A DNA stretch of 12,480 nt from assembly GCA_038203565.1 (NCBI GenBank), contig JBBRDV010000037.1, positions 1 through 12,480 on the forward strand. Reading direction: 5' to 3'. Both the position numbers and the translations under genes were made by a program. Shown piece after piece: positions 1 to 10,375 of the stretch. The number at the start of each line of letters is the position of its first letter. Position 1 is the stretch's first letter. This stretch comes from Atribacterota bacterium (GTDB lineage Bacteria; Atribacterota; Phoenicimicrobiia; Phoenicimicrobiales; Phoenicimicrobiaceae). Under the pieces are notes generated by a model. The model had not been told where the DNA came from. It saw only the letters and a list, made by a program, of their open reading frames with translations, and made no database searches.

Positions 1-138
1 TGCCAACTTACATCTTTCCCATGAATCAGCAATGATTGGACGAACAACCGAGGAATCAATTCTCCCAGTTTTAATAAATCTTTTCCTGGCTTTTTCTATT
101 TTTTCCATTTTTTCTAAATAAATTTCTGGATAAGGCAT
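1..138 (-). CDS. 5' end (46 codons, truncated by window edge) of a probable GAF-domain protein, most like the N-terminus of AcoR-type sigma-54-dependent Fis-family transcriptional activators
   Basis: Not in the ORF track. Manual translation from ATG at 138 gives MPYPEIYLEKMEKIEKARKRFIKTGRIDSSVVRPIIADSWERCKLA, open to the edge. An SD (GAGGTGA) lies just upstream. The 'VRP.I..SW.RC' pattern is typical of the AcoR-type N-terminal region. Confidence 0.7.
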   Translation of the reverse strand, partial: MPYPEIYLEKMEKIEKARKRFIKTGRIDSSVVRPIIADSWERCKLA

Positions 139-226
139 TAGAATCACCTCTTTCAGCTCGTTTTTTACTCTAAATAGAAAATTACTCTCGATATTATGTG
201 TGTCCCCTGCCACCTTTTAAACATCT

Positions 227-2782
227 TTAGCTTAGGTCAACATCTTCACTCGACACCAGGGCAACACTGGCCACCCTGTCTTCCGGAGCAAGACTCATTA
301 CCCTAACTCCCTGCGAGTATCTCCCGGTATGACGAATCTCTTTAACCTGAACCCGGATAACAATCCCCTGTTGGCTGATTAATACTATCTGGTCTTCTTC
401 GCTTACCACTTTTACATCTACTACTAAACCCCTTTCTTCGGTGAGTTTAATAGACTTTAGCCCTTGGCTGCCTCGTTTTTTAAATTCTCTGAATTCTTTT
501 AAGAGAGTTCTTTTAGCAAATCCTTTCTCGGTGACCAACAATAAGTATTTATCCGTATCCGGGGGGACTAAACTAAGATTTACAAGAGAATCTTTACCCT
601 TTAAAATAATACCTTTCACCCCAAAGGTGCTTCTCCCCATAGTTCTTATCGGGTCTCCTGAAAAACGGATAGATTTCCCATTCTCGGTAGTTAAAATAAC
701 GTCTTCATTGCCCTCGGCAAGCTTTACTCCGATTAATTCATCTTCAGGCAAGAGACGTAGGGCAATAATCCCGATATTTCTTAAGTTAGAAAAACGGGAA
801 AGAGACACTTTTTTTATCTTCCCTTTTTTAGTAGCCATAAACAGACACTTTTGGCTATTTTCTTCTTTTGAGTCTGCTAATTCATTGCTCTCTATAGGAA
901 TAAGAGTGGTAATATGTTCATCTTTTTCAATACCTAATAAATTGATGACTGCCACTCCCCGGGACTTTGTCCCTCCCTCGGGAATCTGATATGCCCTCCT
1001 TCTATAAACTATCCCTTTGCTGGTAAAAAATAAGATATCATGGAGGTTGGTGGTGACAAACACCTGGTCTACAAGGTCTTCCAATTTAGTGGTCATTCCA
1101 ATTTTACCTTTTCCTCCCCTCCTCTGTTTTCTGTAAGTACTTAAAGGAAGGCGCTTAAGGTATCCATCCCGGGTGTAAGTGATAACAATATCCTCTAAGG
1201 TAATGAAATCTTCAATCTCGTACTCTCCTTCTTCTTCTATTATCTCGGTCCTTCTTTCATCACCATATTTCTCCTTCATCTCCAACAGCTCATCTCTAAT
1301 GATCAACATGAGCTTCTTTTCATTTTGTAATATATCTTCTAAATAGGCAATACGTTTTATTAATCCTAAATATTCTTCTAAAATCTTTTCGGTCTCCAGA
1401 GAGGTAAGACGCTGCAGTTTCATATCTAAGATAGCCTGTACTTGAATATCGCTCAATCCAAATCTGCTTTTCAAATTATCGTGCGCTGTTTTTACATTAT
1501 CTGCTTTTTTAATAATCTGCACTACTTCATCAATATTAGACAGGGCAATTTTCAACCCTTCTAAGATGTGGGCTCTTTCTTTAGCTTTTCTTAATTCATA
1601 TCTGGTTCTTCTTTCCACCACCTCTCTACGGTGGGCCAAAAAGCATTCTAACAACTCTTTTAAATTAAAGGTTTTGGGGCGGCCTTTGGAAATTGCTAAA
1701 ATATTAACCCCAAAGGTGGTTTTCATATTGGTATGTTTGTACAGATTGTTCAACACTACATTAACATTGGCGTCTCTCTTTAATTCGATAACTACCCGCA
1801 TCCCTTTTCTGTCTGACTCGTCCCTTAGGTTGGTAATATCGAGTATCTTTTTATCCTGAACCAGATGGGCAATATCTTCTATTAACTTTGCTTTATTTAC
1901 TTGATAAGGGAGTTCTTTAATGATAATGCGGGGATTTTTCTTGCCTCCATTTTTTTCACCATCTACTCCTTCGGTAAATACTGCAGCCTGCACTTTTATG
2001 ATTCCTTTTCCGGTTTTATAGGCACTCCTTATTCCCGTTCTGCCGCAAATTATGCCACCGGTGGGAAAATCAGGGCCTGTAATTACAGTCATTAATTCTT
2101 GTATGGAAACTTGCGGGTCTTCGATGATCATTATTGCACCGTCAACTACCTCTCCTAAATTATGAGGAGGGATATTGGTGGCCATTCCCACGGCAATTCC
2201 CGAAGAACCGTTAAGTAATAGTTGGGGAATTTTTGCCGGCAAAACTTCCGGTTCTTTAAGAGAATTATCATAATTGGGAACAAGGTTAACCGTTTCTTTG
2301 TCTATATCAGCCAGCAATTCCTGGGCAATTTTAGACATTCGAATTTCGGTATATCTTTGGGCAGCTGCGGAATCGCCATCTATCGAACCAAAATTTCCCT
2401 GACCATCGACCAAAGGATAACGATAAGAAAAATTCTGGGCCATTCTTACGATGGTATCATATACGGCTATATCGCCATGAGGATGGTACTTACCTATGAT
2501 ATCTCCTACTATTCGAGCCGATTTTTTATAAGCTTTATCGGGCGTATTACCCATTTTTTCCATAGAATATAATATCCGGCGGTGAACCGGTTTTAATCCA
2601 TCGCGGACATCAGGTAAGGCTCGACCCACTATGACACTCATGGCATAACTGAGATAGGCTTCTTTTATCTCCTCTCCAACATCAGTGAGCAAGGTTCTGC
2701 TTGAGTCTGTCAGTTCTTTTTCGCGCTCTTCTTTTTCCTCTTGGTTATTATTATCGAAATTGTCTTTTTCTTCGTCTTTCAT
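227..2782 (-). CDS. gyrA: DNA gyrase subunit A
   Basis: 851 aa. Motifs [30 protein letters not shown] and catalytic RYTE (Tyr144). GyrA-box QRRGGKG in the C-terminal pinwheel indicates gyrase rather than ParC. Lies directly after gyrB. Confidence 0.98.
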   Translation of the reverse strand: MKDEEKDNFDNNNQEEKEEREKELTDSSRTLLTDVGEEIKEAYLSYAMSVIVGRALPDVRDGLKPVHRRILYSMEKMGNTPDKAYKKSARIVGDIIGKYHPHGDIAVYDTIVRMAQNFSYRYPLVDGQGNFGSIDGDSAAAQRYTEIRMSKIAQELLADIDKETVNLVPNYDNSLKEPEVLPAKIPQLLLNGSSGIAVGMATNIPPHNLGEVVDGAIMIIEDPQVSIQELMTVITGPDFPTGGIICGRTGIRSAYKTGKGIIKVQAAVFTEGVDGEKNGGKKNPRIIIKELPYQVNKAKLIEDIAHLVQDKKILDITNLRDESDRKGMRVVIELKRDANVNVVLNNLYKHTNMKTTFGVNILAISKGRPKTFNLKELLECFLAHRREVVERRTRYELRKAKERAHILEGLKIALSNIDEVVQIIKKADNVKTAHDNLKSRFGLSDIQVQAILDMKLQRLTSLETEKILEEYLGLIKRIAYLEDILQNEKKLMLIIRDELLEMKEKYGDERRTEIIEEEGEYEIEDFITLEDIVITYTRDGYLKRLPLSTYRKQRRGGKGKIGMTTKLEDLVDQVFVTTNLHDILFFTSKGIVYRRRAYQIPEGGTKSRGVAVINLLGIEKDEHITTLIPIESNELADSKEENSQKCLFMATKKGKIKKVSLSRFSNLRNIGIIALRLLPEDELIGVKLAEGNEDVILTTENGKSIRFSGDPIRTMGRSTFGVKGIILKGKDSLVNLSLVPPDTDKYLLLVTEKGFAKRTLLKEFREFKKRGSQGLKSIKLTEERGLVVDVKVVSEEDQIVLISQQGIVIRVQVKEIRHTGRYSQGVRVMSLAPEDRVASVALVSSEDVDLS

Positions 2783-2816
2783 GATTTACTCTTTCTTCAA
2801 TTTATCAATTGATTAA

Positions 2817-4781
<1,965 letters not shown>

Positions 4782-4789
4782 TCAAAATG

Positions 4790-4814
4790 AAACCGCAGCT
4801 TACTGCCACGGTTT
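4790..4814 (-). other. Stem-loop in the gyrB 5' leader
   Basis: Minus-strand RNA AAACCGUGGC-AGUAA-GCUGCGGUUU forms a 10-bp stem with two G-U pairs. It is followed by CAUUUU and then the SD. Confidence 0.55.
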
Positions 4815-4867
4815 TTATTTTTATATTTTGTTGTGAAAATTTAATTTATTATTCTAAAACTTTATTA

Positions 4868-4896
4868 ATTTTACTATATTATGGCGCTTATGTCAA
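4868..4896 (-). promoter_or_regulatory. Sigma70/SigA-type promoter of gyrB-gyrA
   Basis: Minus strand TTGACA (4891-4896), 17-nt spacer, TAAAAT (4868-4873), in the dciA-gyrB intergenic region. Confidence 0.75.
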
Positions 4897-4937
4897 AATT
4901 CGCCCCTCTCTTTATACCTCTCTTAAATCCCTGTTGT

Positions 4938-5255
4938 TTACCTGTCTTTAAACTGGGGTGTTCGAGTCTTAAACAGGATGTTAGAAATTATCTCTTCCCC
5001 CGCTTCCCGGTTTATTTTTTCAATAAGCTCTCCTTTTCTTAAATTCAGTTCATTGGCCCAAACATTGCTTTTTACGGCCAAAAAAAGGCACTGGTCCTGT
5101 ATTTTAATCGGCTGGGAAGCTTGGGCAATCTCCTTGCCCGCCAGATTCTCCCAATTGCTAATTGTTTGATACCCTTTTATCTTTTTACTCCAGTCTTTCT
5201 CTTTGAAAAATTTTTCCAGGGCTGTTTTAAAGGGAACTATGTCTTTTTCTTTCAT
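4938..5255 (-). CDS. dciA: DUF721 / DciA-family protein (putative replicative helicase loader)
   Basis: 105 aa with the DUF721 pattern W..L.G..IA..S.P..I....L.L.V....WA.EL......LIEKIN. Position between recF and gyrB is typical of this family. Start overlaps the end of recF by 4 nt. Confidence 0.85.
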   Translation of the reverse strand: MKEKDIVPFKTALEKFFKEKDWSKKIKGYQTISNWENLAGKEIAQASQPIKIQDQCLFLAVKSNVWANELNLRKGELIEKINREAGEEIISNILFKTRTPQFKDR

Positions 5256-6391
5256 AAATTAATTATCTTCCCTTCTTCTATTTTAAATATCCTGCTTTTT
5301 TCTTTAATATTACTATTAAAATAATCCAGATTTATACTGGTAATAAAAGTCTGGACCTTTTTTTCGATAATTAATCCTAATAAGAAATGCCTTCTATCTT
5401 CATCTAGTTCTGACATAACATCATCTAAAAAAAATATAGGGTAGTCCCCCTCTTTTTCCTTAATTAGTTCTAGTTCGGATAATTTCAAAGATAAAACAGC
5501 TGTTCGTTGCTGGCCTTGTGAGCCGTAAGAGGCGGCATTAAACCCGTTGATAAATACTGAAAAATCATCCCGGTGAGGGCCGAGCAAGGTGGCTCTCTGT
5601 TCTGTCTCTTTTTCTCTGTATTCCTCTAATTTATCTTTAAATTCTTTGTTTATCAAAGAAATGTTTTCTTCTTGGTCTTTTAATATATTGCTTTGGTAGG
5701 CTAATTCTATATTTTCTTTCTCTTTGGTAATTTTTTGATGAAATTTATGAGCCAGGCGGTTTATCTTTTTTATAAATTTAATTCTGGTTAAAATTAAAAA
5801 AGATCCCCTCTCTATAAACAGGGGATCCCATACAAGAAGTTTTTCTTTCTTCTTTTTTTGATTAATTTCTTTCTTTAGTATATTGTTGCGATGTCCTAAA
5901 ATTCTATAAAATTCTGAAAGATATTTATAATATAAGGGGTAAATTTGGGATATCTGCTCATCTAAAAATTTTCTTCTTAAAGAAGGGGCGCCTTTTATTA
6001 TCTGCAGGTGCTCAGGAGAAAACACCACTCCTTTAAATTCTTTATTTAAAACAGCTTTTTTTTGAATATTTTGGTTTATTTTTATTGTTTTACTCAGTTT
6101 ATTTTTATAAAAATCCTCTGACTTCTTCTCTAAGGCTAGGGCTATTTGAATATTTTCGTCATCTTTGTTTATTTCTCCAAATAGATAGGCACTTTCGTTG
6201 TCCCACTTTATTACTTCCCTGTCCTCTTTTGTTCTGTAAGAGTGTCCTTTGATTATTAAGTTCAACCCTTCTAATAAGTTAGTCTTGCCCTGGGCGTTAT
6301 TTCCGATAAAAATATTAAGATTGGAATCAAGCTCTAGGGATAAGTTAGAAAAATTTCTGTAGTTTTTCAATCTTACTTTTTTAAAATACAA
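5252..6391 (-). CDS. recF: DNA replication/repair ATPase RecF
   Basis: 379 aa, TTG start with purine-rich SD. Walker A GNNAQGKTN, GPHRDD, signature GSQGQQR and Walker B FLDDVMSELD. Lies after dnaN. Confidence 0.97.
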   Translation of the reverse strand: MYFKKVRLKNYRNFSNLSLELDSNLNIFIGNNAQGKTNLLEGLNLIIKGHSYRTKEDREVIKWDNESAYLFGEINKDDENIQIALALEKKSEDFYKNKLSKTIKINQNIQKKAVLNKEFKGVVFSPEHLQIIKGAPSLRRKFLDEQISQIYPLYYKYLSEFYRILGHRNNILKKEINQKKKKEKLLVWDPLFIERGSFLILTRIKFIKKINRLAHKFHQKITKEKENIELAYQSNILKDQEENISLINKEFKDKLEEYREKETEQRATLLGPHRDDFSVFINGFNAASYGSQGQQRTAVLSLKLSELELIKEKEGDYPIFFLDDVMSELDEDRRHFLLGLIIEKKVQTFITSINLDYFNSNIKEKSRIFKIEEGKIINL

Positions 6392-6482
6392 CTTCTTCCT
6401 TTTTCCTTTCTCCTTCTATGTTTATATATTACATATAGTATATCGTAAAGAAGAAATATTGTATAGTGTGAAAAGATTCGTA

Positions 6483-7649
6483 TTAATCTGTCCTTACCGG
6501 CATTAAAACATAAACATAGTTTTTGTCTTCATCTGGGGTAATAATTGCCGGATTAAGTGGGTCATTTAGTTTTATTATAGTGTTTTCCTTTTTTATTATC
6601 TTTAATACATCTAAAATATAATCGGTGTTAAAATTTATAGTAATATCTTCTCCTTTTTTAAAACTGGAAATCCTTTCGGAGGCTTCTCCAATGCTCGGGT
6701 TTTCTGCTTTTAAAATTATTTCACACATTTCCTCTTTTTGACTATTTTCTTTATTAACTACTTCTACTTTTACTATTTTTAAATCTTCTCTTACAAAAAG
6801 GGCAATTCTTTCCATTTTATCCCTAAATTCCTCAGTATTTATTTTTATTTCGGTTTTAAAAGAATCTGGGATAATCTGGCGACAATTAGGAAATTTACCT
6901 TCTATTAATCGGGAATATATTCTTATACTGTTCTTTTGACCATCAGGAAATAAAATAAACATTATCTGTTTTTCCCCAAATCTAATTTCCACAAATACTT
7001 CCTCATTTTCTGAAAGGAGTCTGGATAATTCTGATAGGGCCCGATAAGGAATTATAACTTCTATTAATTCGTCTGCAGTTGTTTTTTCTATTTTTGTTAC
7101 TTTAATATTTTTAAGAGATAACCTGTGACTGTCGGTAGTAACTACTTCAATCTTATTATCTATTATTTTAAATAGGACTCCGTTTAAAAAAGTTTTGTTT
7201 TCATCCCGGGACGTGGAAAATATAACTTGTTGAATGGTCTCTTTAAATAGTTTCTGAGTCATTTTAACTTTAGCTCTTATCTTTATTTCCGGAAAACTAG
7301 AGAATTCTTCTGCGGAAAAACCTAAAATTTTATAATTAGAGCTGTTTTCTTTAACGGTGGTGATATTATTATCTGAACATTCTATCTCTATTTTTCCCTT
7401 GGGAAACTTTTTAATTAATTCACTTATTATTTTGCTGGGAATAACTGTAGAACCGGTCTCAATAACCTGGGCTGGAATATAACAATCTATCCCAATTTCT
7501 AAATCAGTAGCAAATAGATGAACTTTATTATCCTCATTCGCTTCAAAAAGTATTCCATCATAGATAGGTAACCCAATTCTGCTGGATATTCCTTTTTGTA
7601 CTGTTTGAATCCCGTGTAATATACTTTCTTGAGAACAGACAATTTTCAT
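6483..7649 (-). CDS. dnaN: DNA polymerase III beta sliding clamp
   Basis: 388 aa. Motifs ATDLEI, TDSHRL, RLIEGKFP and C-terminal YVLMPVR. SD AAGGAG upstream. Directly after dnaA. Confidence 0.97.
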   Translation of the reverse strand: MKIVCSQESILHGIQTVQKGISSRIGLPIYDGILFEANEDNKVHLFATDLEIGIDCYIPAQVIETGSTVIPSKIISELIKKFPKGKIEIECSDNNITTVKENSSNYKILGFSAEEFSSFPEIKIRAKVKMTQKLFKETIQQVIFSTSRDENKTFLNGVLFKIIDNKIEVVTTDSHRLSLKNIKVTKIEKTTADELIEVIIPYRALSELSRLLSENEEVFVEIRFGEKQIMFILFPDGQKNSIRIYSRLIEGKFPNCRQIIPDSFKTEIKINTEEFRDKMERIALFVREDLKIVKVEVVNKENSQKEEMCEIILKAENPSIGEASERISSFKKGEDITINFNTDYILDVLKIIKKENTIIKLNDPLNPAIITPDEDKNYVYVLMPVRTD

Positions 7650-7881
7650 ATTTCTACTCCTTTATTCTAAATAATTAAATAAAAATATAGTATTATTAAT
7701 AGTAGTATTGTTGAAACTGGGGAAAGAAAAATAAATCTTAATATTTTATTACAAAAAACCTGTGGATAAAACCAGGGATAAAATTTTTAGATATTAACTT
7801 ATTCCCCATTTTTCATTTTTAATTAAAAAAATTATTTAATAAATAAAAGTTTTAAACATACTATTATAAGGTTATTAACAA
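7650..7881. other. oriC, dnaA-dnaN part (probable unwinding region)
   Basis: Very AT-rich spacer. Perfect DnaA box TGTGGATAA at 7761-7769. Degenerate boxes at 7709-7717, 7718-7726, 7850-7858 (TTTTAAACA) and 7872-7880 (TTATTAACA). Trinucleotide run at 7688-7708. Confidence 0.85.
7688..7708 (+). promoter_or_regulatory. DnaA-trio array
   Basis: TAG TAT TAT TAA TAG TAG TAT (seven TAN triplets) abutting two tandem degenerate DnaA boxes on one side and an AT-rich stretch toward dnaN on the other. Confidence 0.7.
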
Positions 7882-9249
7882 TTAACCTTTTTTAATTTCT
7901 ATAGTTAAATTATCTATAATATTTTTAAAACCCTTATCTTTTTTAATTTTATTTTTAATTTTAGTATAAGAATGAATAATAGTGGTATGGTCTCTTCTAC
8001 CAAAGGCTTCCCCAATTGAAGCTAGAGACAGATCGGTTAATTCCCGGGAGAGATAGATAGCAACCTGTCTGGCAAAAACAATATCTTTAGTCCTTTTTTT
8101 AGATAACAAAGAATTAACTTTAATAGTATAATAATCTGTTATTGTTTTTTGAATCTGATCAATAGAAATTTTTTTATTTTCTAAAGGGATAATATCTTTT
8201 AATATATTCTGGGCTAAAGAAACAGATAATTCTTTTTTATTAAAAGTAGAAAAGGCAACTAATTTAGTTAAAGCCCCTTCTAATTGTCTAATATTGGAAG
8301 AAATCTTCTCAGCGATAAAGTCAATTACTTCAGCAGGCACATTTAAATTTTCTGTCTGGGCTTTTTTTCTTAAAATAGCAATACGGGTCTCAAGGTCAGG
8401 AGGCTGGATATCAGTGGTTAATCCCCATTCAAAACGAGATATTAAACGTTCTTCCAAAGTAGTAATCTCTTTTGGGGGACGGTCGCTGGTAATTGCTATC
8501 TGTTTATTAGACTCATATAAAGTATTAAAAGTATGAAAAAATTCTTCCTGTGTCCTCTCTTTACCAGTTAAGAACTGTATGTCATCAATTAATAGCACAT
8601 CTACACTACGGTATTTATCGCGAAAGGCAACAGTCCGGTCATCTCTTATAGAATTAATCAACTCATTGGTAAATTTTTCTGATGATATATATAAAACATT
8701 AATTTTATTTTTACCGCCATGCAGCATTATATAATTACCAATTGCTTGAATTAAATGAGTTTTGCCTAAACCCACCCTCCCATATACAAAAAGCGGGTTA
8801 TAAGCTTTTGCCGGGGACTGGGCTACTGCCAGGCAGGCTGCGTGGGCAAAGCGGTTGTCGTTCCCTATCACAAAACTATCGAAAGTATACCTTGGGTTTA
8901 AACCAAGGTTGTCATTTTTCATCATATTTTCTGATTTTTTTATTTTCTTTTCAGAATTAGGGGCAGAGTGAACAGGCGCGGGATATTTTTGATCAGCTGC
9001 CATAAATTTTATTATCAGATTATCATCTGAACCGAGAGTCCTTTTTAAAATATCTTTAATAAAACCGGCGTAGTGTTTTTCTAACCACTCTTTACAGAAG
9101 TCCCCGGGGGCAGAAATTATTACCTCATTTCCCTCGAATTTTACAACTTTCGTTTGACTAAACCAACTATTATAAACCTGAGGGTTCAATTCTTCTTTAA
9201 TTATTTCTAAAATTTTACTCCACAGTTCTTTGATCTCTGCAAACTCCAT
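7882..9249 (-). CDS. dnaA: Chromosomal replication initiator DnaA
   Basis: 455 aa. Motifs NPRYTFDSFV, YNPLFVYG, Walker A GLGKTH, Walker B LLIDDIQ, EEFFHTFN, SRFEWGL and domain IV RDHTT. Confidence 0.99.
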   Translation of the reverse strand: MEFAEIKELWSKILEIIKEELNPQVYNSWFSQTKVVKFEGNEVIISAPGDFCKEWLEKHYAGFIKDILKRTLGSDDNLIIKFMAADQKYPAPVHSAPNSEKKIKKSENMMKNDNLGLNPRYTFDSFVIGNDNRFAHAACLAVAQSPAKAYNPLFVYGRVGLGKTHLIQAIGNYIMLHGGKNKINVLYISSEKFTNELINSIRDDRTVAFRDKYRSVDVLLIDDIQFLTGKERTQEEFFHTFNTLYESNKQIAITSDRPPKEITTLEERLISRFEWGLTTDIQPPDLETRIAILRKKAQTENLNVPAEVIDFIAEKISSNIRQLEGALTKLVAFSTFNKKELSVSLAQNILKDIIPLENKKISIDQIQKTITDYYTIKVNSLLSKKRTKDIVFARQVAIYLSRELTDLSLASIGEAFGRRDHTTIIHSYTKIKNKIKKDKGFKNIIDNLTIEIKKG

Positions 9250-9378
9250 ATTTATACATCTTTCTAAAGAATTAAATTTTTTTGTTTAAATTTGATTATA
9301 AAAGTTTTATAGATTGGAAAAGAGTTATTAAAATATAAATTATTTCTGAAAACCTATAGACCGTGAGGGTTTTATGAC

Positions 9379-9549
9379 TTTTCCCCAAAGTTAACAGCTG
9401 GCTGTGGATAACCCCAGTAGAGTTTTTTTATTAAATTTTAACATTTTCCTCGAAAAAATACACTTTAATACTTTATTTATAGATTATTAAACAGCTAAAA
9501 GCAAAGGCCTAAAAGAAGTTATTAACAGTTTATTAACATTTGTGGATAA
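9379..9549. promoter_or_regulatory. DnaA-box cluster upstream of dnaA (second oriC part / autoregulatory operator)
   Basis: Perfect TGTGGATAA at 9403-9411 and 9541-9549. TTTTCCCCA at 9379-9387. TTATTAACA at 9519-9527 and 9530-9538. Confidence 0.85.
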
Positions 9550-9580
9550 CTCGGGCAAAAATGCAATTTATTTTTTACTT

Positions 9581-9609
9581 ATAATAGCAAAAATATTTTT
9601 ATTAAGCAA
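9581..9609 (-). promoter_or_regulatory. Candidate dnaA promoter
   Basis: Minus strand TTGCTT (9604-9609), 17-nt spacer, TATTAT (9581-9586), with an extended -10 TGn. DnaA boxes lie just downstream. Confidence 0.55.
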
Positions 9610-9704
9610 AAATATTTTATATTAGCAATGCTTTCTTTTGTTAGTGTAAATTTTAATGGGGCAGTTAAAAGAAAAAATATTATATATTAGCAATACCTTC
9701 TTTT
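9586..9704 (+). repeat. Direct repeats in the dnaA-rpmH divergent promoter region
   Basis: 19-nt tandem unit AGCAAAAATATTTT.... at 9586-9604 and 9605-9623. A separate 32-nt repeat at 9608-9639 and 9673-9704 has 29/32 identity. Confidence 0.8.
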
Positions 9705-9711
9705 TAGAAAC

Positions 9712-9741
9712 TTGACATTTAGAGGATATTAAAGATATAAT
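9712..9741 (+). promoter_or_regulatory. Sigma70/SigA-type promoter of the rpmH operon
   Basis: TTGACA (9712-9717), 18-nt spacer, TATAAT (9736-9741). Both hexamers are perfect consensus, about 55 nt upstream of rpmH. Confidence 0.8.
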
Positions 9742-9794
9742 TTTCATTGAATTTTAAATTCTACATTTTAACCAAGAAGGAGAGAGCCAGTTAA

Positions 9795-9935
9795 ATGAAG
9801 CGGACCTATCAACCAAACACTAGAAAAAAACTGAAAGTACATGGATTTCGCCAAAGAATGAGCACTAAGGCCGGCCGTTTGGTATTAAAGAGAAGGCGTT
9901 TAAAAGGACGCAAACGCCTTACGGTATCCGGATAA
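9795..9935 (+). CDS. rpmH: 50S ribosomal protein L34
   Basis: Not in the ORF track (46 aa). Translation [46 protein letters not shown] matches the bL34 pattern, in its canonical position divergent from dnaA. Confidence 0.98.
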   Translation: MKRTYQPNTRKKLKVHGFRQRMSTKAGRLVLKRRRLKGRKRLTVSG

Positions 9936-9961
9936 TTAATTTTATAAACCTAAGAGGAATT

Positions 9962-10294
9962 TTGATAAAGAGAAAATTGTCAAAAACCAGCGAATTTAAG
10001 AAGGTTTTTTCGGAAGGCAGAAGAATCGAAGGCAAAAATTTAATAATATTTATTTTAAAAAACGATTATGATTTTAACCGTCTGGGCATAATAGTAAAAA
10101 AAGAGGTAGGAAAGGCAGCAGTTAGAAATAAGATAAAAAGACGGCTAAAAGAAACTAGCCGGCTGCTAAACAAGAAATTACTTCCAGGACATGATATAAT
10201 TATACTGGCCAAAAAAAATATTAAAGAAGCAAACTATTTTGAGTTATGTTATGGTTTAGAAGGACTTCTTTATAAAGAGAAATTGTTTTTATGA
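9962..10294 (+). CDS. rnpA: Ribonuclease P protein component
   Basis: 110 aa, TTG start with SD GAGGA. Motifs L....EF..VF..G, RLGI.V.K.VG and RNR-type AAVRNKIKRRLKE. Follows rpmH. Confidence 0.95.
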   Translation: MIKRKLSKTSEFKKVFSEGRRIEGKNLIIFILKNDYDFNRLGIIVKKEVGKAAVRNKIKRRLKETSRLLNKKLLPGHDIIILAKKNIKEANYFELCYGLEGLLYKEKLFL

Positions 10295-10333
10295 GAAAGA
10301 AGCAGTAAACAGGAATTCAAACTAAAATAAAGG

Positions 10334-10375
10334 AAATCTATGCTTTTTCTTTTCTTTAAGAAAAAGCATAGATTT
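10334..10375. repeat. Perfect 18-bp inverted repeat (hairpin; possible terminator or attenuator) between rnpA and yidD
   Basis: AAATCTATGCTTTTTCTT (10334-10351), 6-nt loop TTCTTT, AAGAAAAAGCATAGATTT (10358-10375). Confidence 0.85.

Noticed and set aside
195..215. TGGCA on the minus strand upstream of the AcoR-like gene as a sigma-54 promoter
   Set aside because: No GC dinucleotide at the required -12 position.
441..2572. Plus-strand ORFs 441-989, 1566-1859, 1901-2095 and 2222-2572
   Set aside because: Antisense shadows of gyrA with no recognisable motifs.
6392..6482. Possible internal recF promoter (TATACA-17-TATACT, minus strand) and stacked SD-like purine runs
   Set aside because: The -35 match is weak and such hexamers arise easily in AT-rich DNA; too little support to call.
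7773..7781. CAGGGATAA as a DnaA box
   Set aside because: Three mismatches to TGTGGATAA; not counted.
8294..8960. Plus-strand ORFs 8294-8536 and 8742-8960
   Set aside because: Antisense shadows of dnaA.
9586..9704. The direct repeats as a mini-CRISPR or plasmid iterons
   Set aside because: Only two copies of the 32-mer, low complexity, no cas or rep gene, and located inside a chromosomal divergent promoter.
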